Shown here: positions 29,474-38,700 of the stretch, piece after piece | Numbering within the stretch: the first letter of the stretch is position 1 | Layout: every line of letters starts with the position of its first letter | Assembly (NCBI RefSeq): GCF_042662625.1 | Contig: NZ_JBHSXH010000015.1 | Span: 973,909-1,037,908 of the forward strand | Source of the DNA: Halopelagius fulvigenes | GTDB taxonomy: Archaea; Halobacteriota; Halobacteria; Halobacteriales; Haloferacaceae | DNA: 64,000 nt | Direction: 5' to 3' | Notes under the pieces: model-generated | The model's database searches: none | What the model was told of the DNA's origin: nothing | What the model saw: only the letters and a program-made list of their open reading frames with translations | Position numbers and translations under genes: made by a program

Positions 29474-30604
29474 GTGATTCCCGAGTTGGAACCGGAGGAC
29501 TTCGTGTCGTTCCTCGGCGACCTCTGGGGCGAACGCGGGTGGGAGACGACGGTGCAGGAGCGAGCGAACGGGACGTACTTCATCATCGGCGAACGCGGCG
29601 ACGGCAGGCGGGGCGTCCTGTTCGTCTTCCCGACGACCGAGTCGCACGTCTCCGGTCAGCACCTCCGCCGGTTCGTGACGCTCTGCGGGAAGAAGGGCGT
29701 GGACGTGGCCGTCGTCGCCACCCAAGGCGCGTACGCCGACGAGGCGCGGAAGATAGCCGACGCGAAGGGTATCCACCTCCTCGATCGGACCACGCTCGAA
29801 GGGACCGTCGAGGAGGGCGGCTTCCACCACGTCCTCCGGAAGTACACCGGCGGCGGTCCGTTGGACCCGATTCTCGCGAAACTCAGGGCGCTCGGACTCC
29901 CCGTCCCCGAGACGCTCCCCTTCGACCTGCCGTTCGACCCGGCCGAGTTGCAGGCGCGGATCCGGAGCAGACTCGGCGGCTACAGCGACGGAACCGACGA
30001 CTCGAACGCCGACGGGCCGCCCCCGGACGGCGAGGGAGACGGCGGCGGCGGCGGGCGATTCGACGCGCTTCCGGTGTCGCCGCGGACGCTCCTCCCCGTC
30101 GTCGTCGCGGTGGTGCTGTTGGTCGTCGCCGGGTCGGCCACGGGAGCGCTCACCGTCCCCGGGATGGGCAGCGGCGGGGGGGACACGGCGGTGTCCGCCG
30201 TCTCGACCGCCGGCGCGAACGCCGCCCTCGACGTCCGCTGGAACGCCGAGACGACCGACAGTGTCACGATAAACGGGACGACGTACGACGCGCCGGAGAA
30301 CGAGACGTTCGTCGTCGTCCGGATGAACGTGACGAGTCTCTCGGAGTCGCCGGAGCAGCTGTCCCAAGCGCAGTTGGCGCTGGAGGTGGCGGGCGACCGG
30401 TACGGTTACCAACCGCTCCGGAACAGCACCGGGTTCCCGTCGGCGGGCCTGTTCGCGCCGGGCGAGTCGCGGGAGGTGTGGACGGTGTTCTCCGTCCCCG
30501 CCGACGCCGAGAGCGGGACGCTCCTCGTCCGGTCGGGCGAGGACGTTCCGGGCGTGAAGTTCACGAGAGACACCGCCATCTCCGCGGAAGCGACCGAACT
30601 CTGA
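29474..30604 (+). CDS. membrane protein: N-terminal cytoplasmic Mrr/restriction-endonuclease-like fold (apparently degenerate active site) - TM helix - extracellular glycosylated beta-sandwich (DUF4352-like) domain
   Basis: The first ~120 aa follow the Mrr_cat fold pattern, but the DGGID and QxK catalytic positions read ANGTYF and VFPTT. One TM (LLPVVVAVVLLVVAG). The outer domain carries NGT/NET/NVT/NST sequons. Confidence 0.5.
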   Translation: MIPELEPEDFVSFLGDLWGERGWETTVQERANGTYFIIGERGDGRRGVLFVFPTTESHVSGQHLRRFVTLCGKKGVDVAVVATQGAYADEARKIADAKGIHLLDRTTLEGTVEEGGFHHVLRKYTGGGPLDPILAKLRALGLPVPETLPFDLPFDPAELQARIRSRLGGYSDGTDDSNADGPPPDGEGDGGGGGRFDALPVSPRTLLPVVVAVVLLVVAGSATGALTVPGMGSGGGDTAVSAVSTAGANAALDVRWNAETTDSVTINGTTYDAPENETFVVVRMNVTSLSESPEQLSQAQLALEVAGDRYGYQPLRNSTGFPSAGLFAPGESREVWTVFSVPADAESGTLLVRSGEDVPGVKFTRDTAISAEATEL

Positions 30605-30684
30605 CGGATGGGTCGGCCGCGCCGCCGGATGAAATTCGGCGATGGCGTGACAATCCTTAATCGGGAGCGTTCCATAGGTCCGCT

Positions 30685-31266
30685 ATGCTCGGGTCGTCGC
30701 TCTCGCCGTTGCAGCTCTCCATCGGGCCGGAGGCGTTGCCGCTTCTCCTCGTCACGGCCGGACTCGGACTCACCCTCGCCGAGGCCCTCGCGCCGGGCGC
30801 GCACTTCATCGTCCTCGGCATCGCCCTCCTCGCGGCCGGACTCGTGGGACTCGTCATTCCGTTCGCCGGACCCATCGTCCTCGGCCTCCTCGTCCTCGTC
30901 TTCGGCGCGTTGGCGCTGTACGGCTACCGCGAACTGGACATCTACGGCGGGAAGGGGACGGGCCGAACGTCGGACTCCACGTCGCTCCGCGGGAAGACCG
31001 GTCGCGTGACCGAACGCGTGACGCCGACGGGCGGCGAGATAAAGCTGCTCGACGGCGGCGGCTTCAACCCCTACTACGCCGCGCGGTCCGTGAGCGGAGA
31101 GATGGCCGAGGGGACGGAGGTCATCATCGTCGACCCCGGCGGGGGCAACGTGGTGACGGTCGAATCGCTCGAGGCGCCGCAGGACGAGATAGACCGCGAA
31201 CTCGCGCGGGGGCGCGCCCGCACCGAACGCGACGCAGGCGTCGAGTCGGAGACCGAACGCACCTGA
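30685..31266 (+). CDS. nfeD: NfeD family membrane protein (C-terminal OB-fold)
   Basis: N-terminal multi-TM then soluble beta domain (GKTGRVTERVTPTGGEIKLLDGGGFNPYYAAR); lies immediately upstream of a stomatin gene, the canonical arrangement. Confidence 0.7.
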   Translation: MLGSSLSPLQLSIGPEALPLLLVTAGLGLTLAEALAPGAHFIVLGIALLAAGLVGLVIPFAGPIVLGLLVLVFGALALYGYRELDIYGGKGTGRTSDSTSLRGKTGRVTERVTPTGGEIKLLDGGGFNPYYAARSVSGEMAEGTEVIIVDPGGGNVVTVESLEAPQDEIDRELARGRARTERDAGVESETERT

Positions 31267-31381
31267 ACGCGGCCGAACGACCCGACCCGGCCGGCCCGTC
31301 GGCGGATTCGGTCGCGTCGCTCGGTTCGCTCGTCATTGTCTCGGGCTAACACTTATCCGCACAACTCACCAACCCCCGGGT

Positions 31382-32620
31382 ATGGTAGTGGACCCCGTAG
31401 CACTCCAACTCGGCCTCGGTTTCGGATCGTTCGCCGTCGGACTGTTAGTCCTCCTTCTCGCGGTCGTCACCGTCTACCAGATGGTGGAGATCGTCGACGC
31501 CTACGAGAAGAAGGCGCTGACCGTGTTCGGCGAGTACCGGAAGCTGCTCGAACCGGGTATCAACTTCATCCCGCCGTTCGTCTCGCGGACGTACGCCTTC
31601 GACATGCGGACGCAGACGCTCGACGTCCCCCGGCAGGAGGCCATCACGCGGGACAACTCGCCGGTCACCGCCGACGCCGTCGTCTACATTAAGGTGATGG
31701 ACGCGAAGAAGGCGTTCCTCGAAGTCGACGACTACAAGAAGGCCGTGTCGAACCTCGCGCAGACGACGCTCCGCGCCGTGCTGGGCGACATGGAGCTCGA
31801 CGACACGCTGAACAAGCGACAGGAGATAAACGCGCGCATCCGCAAGGAACTCGACGAACCCACGGACGAGTGGGGCGTCCGCGTCGAGAGCGTCGAAGTC
31901 CGCGAGGTCAACCCCTCCCAGGACGTCCAGCAGGCGATGGAGCAACAGACCTCCGCGGAACGCCGCCGCCGCGCGATGATCCTCGAAGCGCAGGGTGAAC
32001 GTCGCTCCGCCGTCGAGACGGCCGAGGGTGAGAAGCAGTCGAACATCATCCGCGCGCAGGGTGAAAAGCAGAGCCAGATCCTCGAAGCGCAGGGTGACGC
32101 CATCTCGACGGTCCTCCGCGCGAAGTCCGCCGAGTCGATGGGCGAACGCGCCATCATCGAGAAGGGCATGGAGACGCTCGAAACCATCGGGCAGGGCGAG
32201 TCCACGACGTTCGTCCTCCCGCAGGAGCTCACTTCGCTCCTCGGCCGCTACGGCCGCCAGCTCTCCAACAGCGACGTGCAGGAACAGGCCGGCCTCGACA
32301 GCCTCGACTTCGACGCCGAGACGCGGGAGCTCATCGGCCTAGACGACATTGAGGAGATTCTCGGCCAGATAGACGAAGCCGCCGAGATGGACGTCGAAGA
32401 GCTCGAACAGGAGGCGCAGGCCATCAAGGAGGGGGCCGACCCCGACATCAAGAGCGCCGACGAGATAATCACGGAGGCGGACACGGAGGACAAAGCGAAC
32501 ATCCGCGACTCCGACGAGGTCGTAGACGACGGTGCCGGCGGCGCGGCCGCCGCCGGGGGAACGTCGGCGGACGGCCCCCCCTCCGACGAGGACGCGGAGG
32601 TCGAACGAGAGGTCGAATAG
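31382..32620 (+). CDS. SPFH/band-7 (stomatin/prohibitin-like) protein with long acidic coiled-coil tail
   Basis: N-terminal TM plus SPFH core (YEKKALTVFGEYRKLLEPGINFIPPFVSRTYAFDMRTQTLDVPRQEAITRDN...). Confidence 0.85.
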   Translation: MVVDPVALQLGLGFGSFAVGLLVLLLAVVTVYQMVEIVDAYEKKALTVFGEYRKLLEPGINFIPPFVSRTYAFDMRTQTLDVPRQEAITRDNSPVTADAVVYIKVMDAKKAFLEVDDYKKAVSNLAQTTLRAVLGDMELDDTLNKRQEINARIRKELDEPTDEWGVRVESVEVREVNPSQDVQQAMEQQTSAERRRRAMILEAQGERRSAVETAEGEKQSNIIRAQGEKQSQILEAQGDAISTVLRAKSAESMGERAIIEKGMETLETIGQGESTTFVLPQELTSLLGRYGRQLSNSDVQEQAGLDSLDFDAETRELIGLDDIEEILGQIDEAAEMDVEELEQEAQAIKEGADPDIKSADEIITEADTEDKANIRDSDEVVDDGAGGAAAAGGTSADGPPSDEDAEVEREVE

Positions 32621-32714
32621 GAAAGAAAGTCTCGGAATCGTACGTATTAACGCCTCACTACAAAATGGAGCGAAGCGCTTTTGCACTCGACCTCCCGTAT
32701 TTGAGGTAGTACCG

Positions 32715-33338
32715 ATGGCAGACAACGGGGTAGACGAGGAAAAACGGGCCACGCTGCGGCGATTCGCCGCGCTCGGGGCCGCAACGCCGCTCGTGGGGTT
32801 CGGAGACGACGAGAGCGAGACCGAATCCGGCGAAACCGGAAGCGACGCGCGCGACGCGATCGTGGGGTACGTGGCCGCGACGCCGGGGGCGCACTTCTCG
32901 AAGATACGCGACGACCTGAAACTGGGGACGGGGGAGACGCAGTACCACCTCCGGCACCTCCTGGAGGAGGGCGTCGTGGAGTCGCGCCGCGACGGTGACT
33001 ACAAGCGGTTCTTCCCGACGGACCGGTTCGAAGAGTTCGAGCAGGTGTCGCTCGGCTACCTGCGCCGTTCGACGCCGCGCGGGATGCTCGTCGAACTGCT
33101 CCGTGACCCGGAGGCGACCGGGTCCGACCTCGCGGGCCGACTCGACGTGTCGCGTGCGACGGTGAGCACGTACGCGCGGGAGCTCGACGAGGCGGGACTG
33201 CTCTCGCGAGAGGACGGCTACGCCGTGCGCCGCCCGGAGACGGTCATCACGCTGTTGATCCGCTACGCGGACTCGTTCGGGCCCGACGCCGCCGCGTTCG
33301 CCGACGACGCCTCGCGGTTCATCCGCTTCGACCCGTAA
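32715..33338 (+). CDS. winged-helix transcriptional regulator (two wHTH-like segments)
   Basis: Start at MADNGVDEEK; wHTH signature (GAHFSKIRDDLKLGTGETQYHLRHLLEEGVVESRRDG) and a second (DLAGRLDVSRATVSTYARELDEAGLLSRE). Confidence 0.55.
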   Translation: MADNGVDEEKRATLRRFAALGAATPLVGFGDDESETESGETGSDARDAIVGYVAATPGAHFSKIRDDLKLGTGETQYHLRHLLEEGVVESRRDGDYKRFFPTDRFEEFEQVSLGYLRRSTPRGMLVELLRDPEATGSDLAGRLDVSRATVSTYARELDEAGLLSREDGYAVRRPETVITLLIRYADSFGPDAAAFADDASRFIRFDP

Positions 33339-33479
33339 GCGTCGTCGCGGTTGCGGCGTCGCTGTCGGCGATACCTTCTCGAAAAACGAGCGTCACCGAG
33401 AGCGACGACGCCGCCGAACGTCGGCGGTGCGTCCGCGTCTCGTCGTCCTGTCGCGGTGGTACGGTCAGTTAACGTGGGC

Positions 33480-33722
33480 TTAGACGGTCACTTTCCACGT
33501 CGTGCCCGAGGAGTAGCCCCACTTCTCGACGGTCACGTCGTACTCGTCCGACAGGAGCGCTCGCATGTTGGCCCCGACTTCCTTCGCCGAGAGACCGAGA
33601 TCCTCCGCGATGAGACGGGACTTGAAGTACATCTGGTCGGGCGCGTTCGATTCGAGGTAGTTGAGGATGCGACGCTGTTTCTCGCTGAGGTCGGTCGTCG
33701 CGGCGGAGGCGGTGGTGCTCAT
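33480..33722 (-). CDS. small winged-helix DNA-binding protein
   Basis: 80 aa from MSTTASAATTDLSEKQRRILNYLESNAPDQMYFKSRLIAEDLGLSAKEVGANMRALLSDEYDV... Confidence 0.45.
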   Translation of the reverse strand: MSTTASAATTDLSEKQRRILNYLESNAPDQMYFKSRLIAEDLGLSAKEVGANMRALLSDEYDVTVEKWGYSSGTTWKVTV

Positions 33723-33951
33723 ACTACACGAAAGGCGACAATGGGGTATGAGGGGTTTGGTACGAGCGCTTAACACGCCGTCGTCGTGCGGTTTTCTCCC
33801 CCCGACCCCCCCGCCCGCTGGGGCGACAGTCCGTTGCAGGTACAGTCGTCTAACAGTACCATAATCTAGACTATCAGGCGCTCAGGGTGCGTTTGACGGC
33901 CAAATACGAAGACAGAAAATTCATACCTGCGGGCCGCCCACGAGGAATACA

Positions 33952-35799
33952 ATGGGTCGTCCGACCGCAAGCAACGCGGTCGACGCTTCACGCGCCGTCG
34001 AAGTGAGCGTCGTCCTTCCCGCGTACAACGAAGAGAACACTATCGAACGGACCGTCGAGACGACGCTCTCGGCGCTCTCTTCGTTCCTCCCCGACGACGC
34101 CTTCGAGGTCATCGTCGCCGAAGACGGCTGTTCGGACCGAACGCCCGAACTGGCCGAAGAGATGGCCGCCGCCGACCCGCGCGTCCGCCACTTCCACAGC
34201 GACGAACGGTTGGGGCGCGGCGGCGCACTCGAACACGCGTTCGAGGCGGCCGCGGGCGACGTTCTCGTCTACTTCGACACCGACCTCGCGACGGACATGC
34301 GACACCTCGAAGAACTGGTCGAACGCGTGCGCTCGGGCGACTGCGACGTCGCCACCGGGTCGCGGTGGATGCCGGAGAACGTCGCCGACCGGCCCGCCAA
34401 GCGCGGCGTGCCGAGTCGCGCGTACAACGTCCTCGTGCGCCTCTTCCTCCAGTCCGACCTCCGGGACCACCAGTGCGGCTTCAAGGCGTTCTCCCGGGAG
34501 GTGTTCGAGACGCTCCGCGACGGTGTGGAGGACGAACACTGGTTCTGGGACACGGAGATGCTCGTCCGCGCCCAACGCGAGGGGTTCGAGGTCGGCGAGT
34601 TCGCCGTCGATTGGACGCCGCAGAGCGACACGAAGGTGGACCTCGTCCGCGACGTGTTCGGCATGGGGAGCCAGATACTTCGGGCGTGGTGGCAGCTGTC
34701 GGTTCGCCCGCGCATCACGCGCAGAGTCGCGTTAGTCGCCGGCGCGGTCCTGACCGTCGCCGCGATGCTTCTCATGACGCAGTACATCGACTTCGGGGCC
34801 GTCCTCTCGGAGGTCAGGCAGGCCGACATGACCTTCGTCGCCGTCGCCACCGTCATCTACATCCTCTCGTGGCCCGTCCGCGGCGTCCGCTACCGCGACA
34901 TCCTCGAAGAGTTGGGCTACCGGGAGAAGGCGAGCTTTCTCACCGGCGCGGTGTTCATCAGTCAGACCGGGAACCTCGTGTTCCCCGCGCGCGCGGGCGA
35001 CCTCATCCGCGCGTACGTGGTGAAGGCGCGGCGTGGCATCCCCTACCCGACGGGGTTCGCCTCCCTCGCGGCCGAACGCGTCTTCGACCTCCTCACGATA
35101 GCCGGCATGGCGGGCGTCGTCCTCGTGGGCTACACCGTGACCGGAGAGACCGCCGAACTGGCGGCGACGCTCGTCGGCGCGGAGGAGGCCGGGCTGGTCG
35201 CCGTCGTCGTCGCGACACTCGTCGGTCTGGCCGCCGTCGTCGCCGTCGCCGTCATCGCCCTCACCGCCCGGTCGGACAGCAACTTCGCGGGGAGTCTCGT
35301 CCGCCGGGCGAGTTCCGACTCCTACGCGGAGTACGTCGCGGGCGTCGTCGAACGGTTCGCGGGCGACTTGCAGACCGTCGCCGGGACGCGACGCGGGTTC
35401 GCCCGCGTCGGCGCGTCGAGCGTCGTCATCTGGACGCTGGACGTCATCACGGCGGTCGTCATCCTCGCGGCGTTCGACCCCGGACTCGGAGTCGTCGAAC
35501 TCCTCGCCGTCGGCTTCTTCGCCGTCAGCGTCGGCAACCTCGCGAAGGTGCTCCCCCTCTCGCCCGGCGGCGTCGGCCTCTACGAAGGCGCGTTCACCCT
35601 GCTGGTCATGGGCCTGACCGACGTGGGCCCCTCCATCGCCATCGGCGCGGCGGTGCTCGACCACGCGCTGAAGAACGTCATCACCATCATCGGCGGGTAC
35701 GCCTCGATGATCGGCCTGAACGTCTCCCTGACGACCGCCGTCGAGGAGACGCGCGACGTGAAAGACGCCCCCGAGGGAGCGGCGAAACTCGACGACTGA
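33952..35799 (+). CDS. AglD-like glycosyltransferase: N-terminal GT2 (dolichyl-phosphate hexose synthase-like) fused to C-terminal multi-TM lysylphosphatidylglycerol-synthase-like (flippase-like) domain
   Basis: GT2 motifs (VSVVLPAYNEE, EVIVAEDGCSDRT, DTD, QCGFKAF) followed by 8 or more TM helices. Confidence 0.75.
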   Translation: MGRPTASNAVDASRAVEVSVVLPAYNEENTIERTVETTLSALSSFLPDDAFEVIVAEDGCSDRTPELAEEMAAADPRVRHFHSDERLGRGGALEHAFEAAAGDVLVYFDTDLATDMRHLEELVERVRSGDCDVATGSRWMPENVADRPAKRGVPSRAYNVLVRLFLQSDLRDHQCGFKAFSREVFETLRDGVEDEHWFWDTEMLVRAQREGFEVGEFAVDWTPQSDTKVDLVRDVFGMGSQILRAWWQLSVRPRITRRVALVAGAVLTVAAMLLMTQYIDFGAVLSEVRQADMTFVAVATVIYILSWPVRGVRYRDILEELGYREKASFLTGAVFISQTGNLVFPARAGDLIRAYVVKARRGIPYPTGFASLAAERVFDLLTIAGMAGVVLVGYTVTGETAELAATLVGAEEAGLVAVVVATLVGLAAVVAVAVIALTARSDSNFAGSLVRRASSDSYAEYVAGVVERFAGDLQTVAGTRRGFARVGASSVVIWTLDVITAVVILAAFDPGLGVVELLAVGFFAVSVGNLAKVLPLSPGGVGLYEGAFTLLVMGLTDVGPSIAIGAAVLDHALKNVITIIGGYASMIGLNVSLTTAVEETRDVKDAPEGAAKLDD

Positions 35800-35875
35800 T
35801 ACCCACCTTTTTCTGCTTCGGGTGCGCTTCGCGCACCCTCACCGCAAAAATCTGGACCAAAAAGGCCGACTCAGC
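35800..35875 (+). repeat. Structured intergenic repeat, copy C (short subtype): TGA(stop) - TACCCACCTTTTTCTGCTTC - GGGTGCGC-TTC-GCGCACCC hairpin - TCACCGC - AAAAATCTGGACCAAAAAGGCCG
   Basis: Perfect 8 bp stem with a 3 nt loop. Same motif order as copies A, B and D. Lies between convergent AglD-like (+) and YjjX-like (-) genes. Confidence 0.7.
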
Positions 35876-35937
35876 CGTCGAAGACGGCTTCGTCGGTGAA
35901 CCGCACGCCTTCGGCGCGCGGATGTTCTTACGGCCAA

Positions 35938-36447
35938 CTACCGATACAACTCGCTCACGAACGGCGCGAGGGCCGCCGTCACCGCCGATTCGAGCGCGTC
36001 CGTCCGGGACATCCGGCCGCCGGTGAACGCGCCGGCCGCGCCCTGCTTCTTTGCCACGTCTTCGGTCCCGAGAACGTCGTCCATCACCGGCCCGAGTTCC
36101 TCGCCGGCCCGCACCCTGTCCGCGATTCGGTCGGGGAGGCGCAGGCTCGGCCCCGCGCCGTACCCCGTCGTCTCGCCGTCGGTGACGGCGGCCCACATCA
36201 CCAAGAACAGGTCGTCGGACCCCTCGAAGGAGGCCACACCCCCCTCGATGCCGACGCCGAAGTCGTACGCGCCCGCGTCGAGGGCGGCGACGGCGCGGTT
36301 CTCCGCGCCGGTGCGCGTCTCCGCGTGCCCCGTCGGTTGCTCCGAGACGCCCGAGGGCACGGACTCGGACGCCACGGTCGCCTCGTCGAAGGCGCGTTCC
36401 GTCGCGTCACGCTTCACCGGATTTCCGCTGCCGACTGCGACTCGCAT
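35938..36447 (-). CDS. inosine/xanthosine triphosphatase (non-canonical NTP pyrophosphatase, YjjX/DUF84 family)
   Basis: MRVAVGSGNPVKRDATERAF... family-typical N-terminus; 169 aa. Confidence 0.6.
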   Translation of the reverse strand: MRVAVGSGNPVKRDATERAFDEATVASESVPSGVSEQPTGHAETRTGAENRAVAALDAGAYDFGVGIEGGVASFEGSDDLFLVMWAAVTDGETTGYGAGPSLRLPDRIADRVRAGEELGPVMDDVLGTEDVAKKQGAAGAFTGGRMSRTDALESAVTAALAPFVSELYR

Positions 36448-36495
36448 GCCCGCCGGTTCCGCGTCGGCGGGGATGTGCGTGTCGCTTTCGGCGAC

Positions 36496-37272
36496 TCACT
36501 CGCCGCCGTGAAGGAGAGACGAGAGCGTCTCGATACCCTCGACGAGGCGGGGACTCGGCTGGTTCAACAGGTCGTCGTCTACGACGTGAACGTCGGCGTC
36601 GACGTTCCACCCGCGGGCGCGGAACGACTCGGGGTCCACCCGGTCGCCGTGGCCGCAGACGTGCAACACGACGTGGTCGGGGTCTTCGACTTCGACCGCG
36701 GAGCGAGACACCTCTCTGGAGCGTTCGCCGGGCGGGACGAACGGGTAGCGTCCGCCGGCGGCCGCCACCGCCTCGGGGACCCAGTTGCCCGCGGCCATCG
36801 GCGGGTCGGACCACTCCTCGCAGTAGACGACCGGGCGAGGACCGTCGCCCGGTTCGTCGGCGACCGACTCTCGGACCGCCGCGAGTCGGTTCCGCGCCTC
36901 CGCGGCGAGTTCGGCCCCCGCCTCCGGTCGCCCGACGGCGCGACCCAGCGTCTCGAAGGAGTCTACGACGGCCGCTAACCCGTCGGGTTCGACGTGGCAG
37001 ACGTCGAAGCCCCGGTCGAGGAGTTCGTCGCGGACGTCCGCCTGCAAGCCGTCGCTGGTGCAGACGAGGTCGGGGTCTAACTCGGCGATGCGGTCGTAGT
37101 CGGGGTTCAACCACCCGCCGACGACCGGCCGGTCCAACTCGCAGTGCGTCGTAACGCCGACGACGATGTCGTCCGCGCCCATCGCCGCGAGCGTCGCCGT
37201 CGAACTCGGTGCCAGCGATACGACGCGCGGTGCCCCCTCGGCCCCGCGTGCGCCCTCCGGGTCACCCTCCAT
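36496..37272 (-). CDS. BtuF-like (class III periplasmic-binding-protein fold) cobalamin/iron-siderophore-binding protein homolog without signal peptide
   Basis: PRVVSLAPSSTATLAAMGADDIVVGVTTHCE...PDLVCTS pattern of the Peripla_BP_2 fold. Start set at MEGDPEG; the ORF track offers 37317. Confidence 0.55.
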   Translation of the reverse strand: MEGDPEGARGAEGAPRVVSLAPSSTATLAAMGADDIVVGVTTHCELDRPVVGGWLNPDYDRIAELDPDLVCTSDGLQADVRDELLDRGFDVCHVEPDGLAAVVDSFETLGRAVGRPEAGAELAAEARNRLAAVRESVADEPGDGPRPVVYCEEWSDPPMAAGNWVPEAVAAAGGRYPFVPPGERSREVSRSAVEVEDPDHVVLHVCGHGDRVDPESFRARGWNVDADVHVVDDDLLNQPSPRLVEGIETLSSLLHGGE

Positions 37273-37489
37273 ACCCCCTCTCGAACGTGTGAGCGCAAAG
37301 GAGTTACGCGAAGTCAACAGTATATAAACATGAACGACACCCGTTCACAAACGTCGGAAATCGAGGCCTATCGTACGAATTCGAAGAAAATTCCGAACTG
37401 CTTATGTGGTCTTACTCGCTCTTTGGGGTACGGACCGCCTCGGGCTTTCTCAGCCGTGTTTCCGCACCGGGGCATTCGTCGCTGTACCA

Positions 37490-38542
37490 ATGAGCGAGAA
37501 GAGCACCTTCACTCGCAGAACTGCGAGAACGAGAGAGGAACCGAAAGAGCGGACCGGCGAGAAACGGAACGCCGACTCCGCGGGAGAGAAGTGGGGGCGA
37601 CCGGCGGACGAATCCGAGACGGAGTCGGAGACGACCGACGAGGAACTGACGTGCCCGGAGTGCGGCGGCAACGTCATCACCGACGACGAACACGGGGAGA
37701 CGGTCTGTGACGACTGCGGCCTCGTCATCACCGAGGACTCCGTGGACCGCGGCCCCGAGTGGCGCGCCTTCGACGCCCAGGAGAAGGACAGCAAGTCCCG
37801 CGTCGGCGCGCCGACGACGAACACGATGCATGACAAGGGTCTCTCGACCAACATCGACTGGCGCGACAAGGACGCGTACGGCAACTCGCTGTCGTCGAAC
37901 CAGCGCCAGAAGATGCAGCGTCTCCGCAAGTGGAACGAGCGGTTTCGCACCCGCGACTCCAAGGAGCGCAATCTGAAGCAGGCCCTCGGCGAGATAGACC
38001 GCATGGCCTCGGCGCTCGGTCTGCCGGAGAACGTCCGCGAGACGGCCTCGGTCATCTACCGCCGCGCACTCGACGACGACCTACTGCCGGGACGCTCCAT
38101 CGAGGGCGTCGCCACCTCCTGTACGTACGCCGCCGCGCGGATGGCCGGCGTCCCGCGTTCGCTCGACGAGATCACGGACGTCTCGCGTGTCGAGAAGAGC
38201 GAAGTCGCCCGGACGTACCGCTACATCGCCCGCGAACTGTCGCTGGAGGTCAAGCCAGCGGACCCAGAGCAGTACGTCCCGCGCTTCGCGTCGGAACTCG
38301 GACTCTCCGACGAGTCGAAGATGCGCGCGCGCCAACTGCTGAAGAACGCCAAGGAGAAGGGCGTCCACTCGGGCAAGTCGCCGGTCGGCCTCGCGGCCGC
38401 CGCCGTCTACGCCGCCGCCCTCCTCACGAACGAGAAGACGACGCAGGCCGCCGTCAGCGACGTCGCGGACATCTCCGAGGTCACCATCCGCAACCGCTAC
38501 CACGAACTCCTCGAAGCCGAGGAGAGCCTCGGCCTCGCCTGA
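37490..38542 (+). CDS. tfb: transcription initiation factor IIB
   Basis: Zn ribbon (CPECGGN...CDDCG), B-reader/linker, then two cyclin-fold repeats; start at MSEKSTF. Confidence 0.9.
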   Translation: MSEKSTFTRRTARTREEPKERTGEKRNADSAGEKWGRPADESETESETTDEELTCPECGGNVITDDEHGETVCDDCGLVITEDSVDRGPEWRAFDAQEKDSKSRVGAPTTNTMHDKGLSTNIDWRDKDAYGNSLSSNQRQKMQRLRKWNERFRTRDSKERNLKQALGEIDRMASALGLPENVRETASVIYRRALDDDLLPGRSIEGVATSCTYAAARMAGVPRSLDEITDVSRVEKSEVARTYRYIARELSLEVKPADPEQYVPRFASELGLSDESKMRARQLLKNAKEKGVHSGKSPVGLAAAAVYAAALLTNEKTTQAAVSDVADISEVTIRNRYHELLEAEESLGLA

Positions 38543-38700
38543 ACTGCGCCGTTCGCCGCGGTTTTCGGTTTTATCGACGCTCGCAAGCGACCGCTCCGCT
38601 CTCCCCGCCGAACCGAGGCGATTTGACCTCTCCCCCGACGGGTTCCGGCCGATTTCGCGCGCCGGGTAAGCGTTTAGTCGCCGCACTCCGGCCTTCGAGT

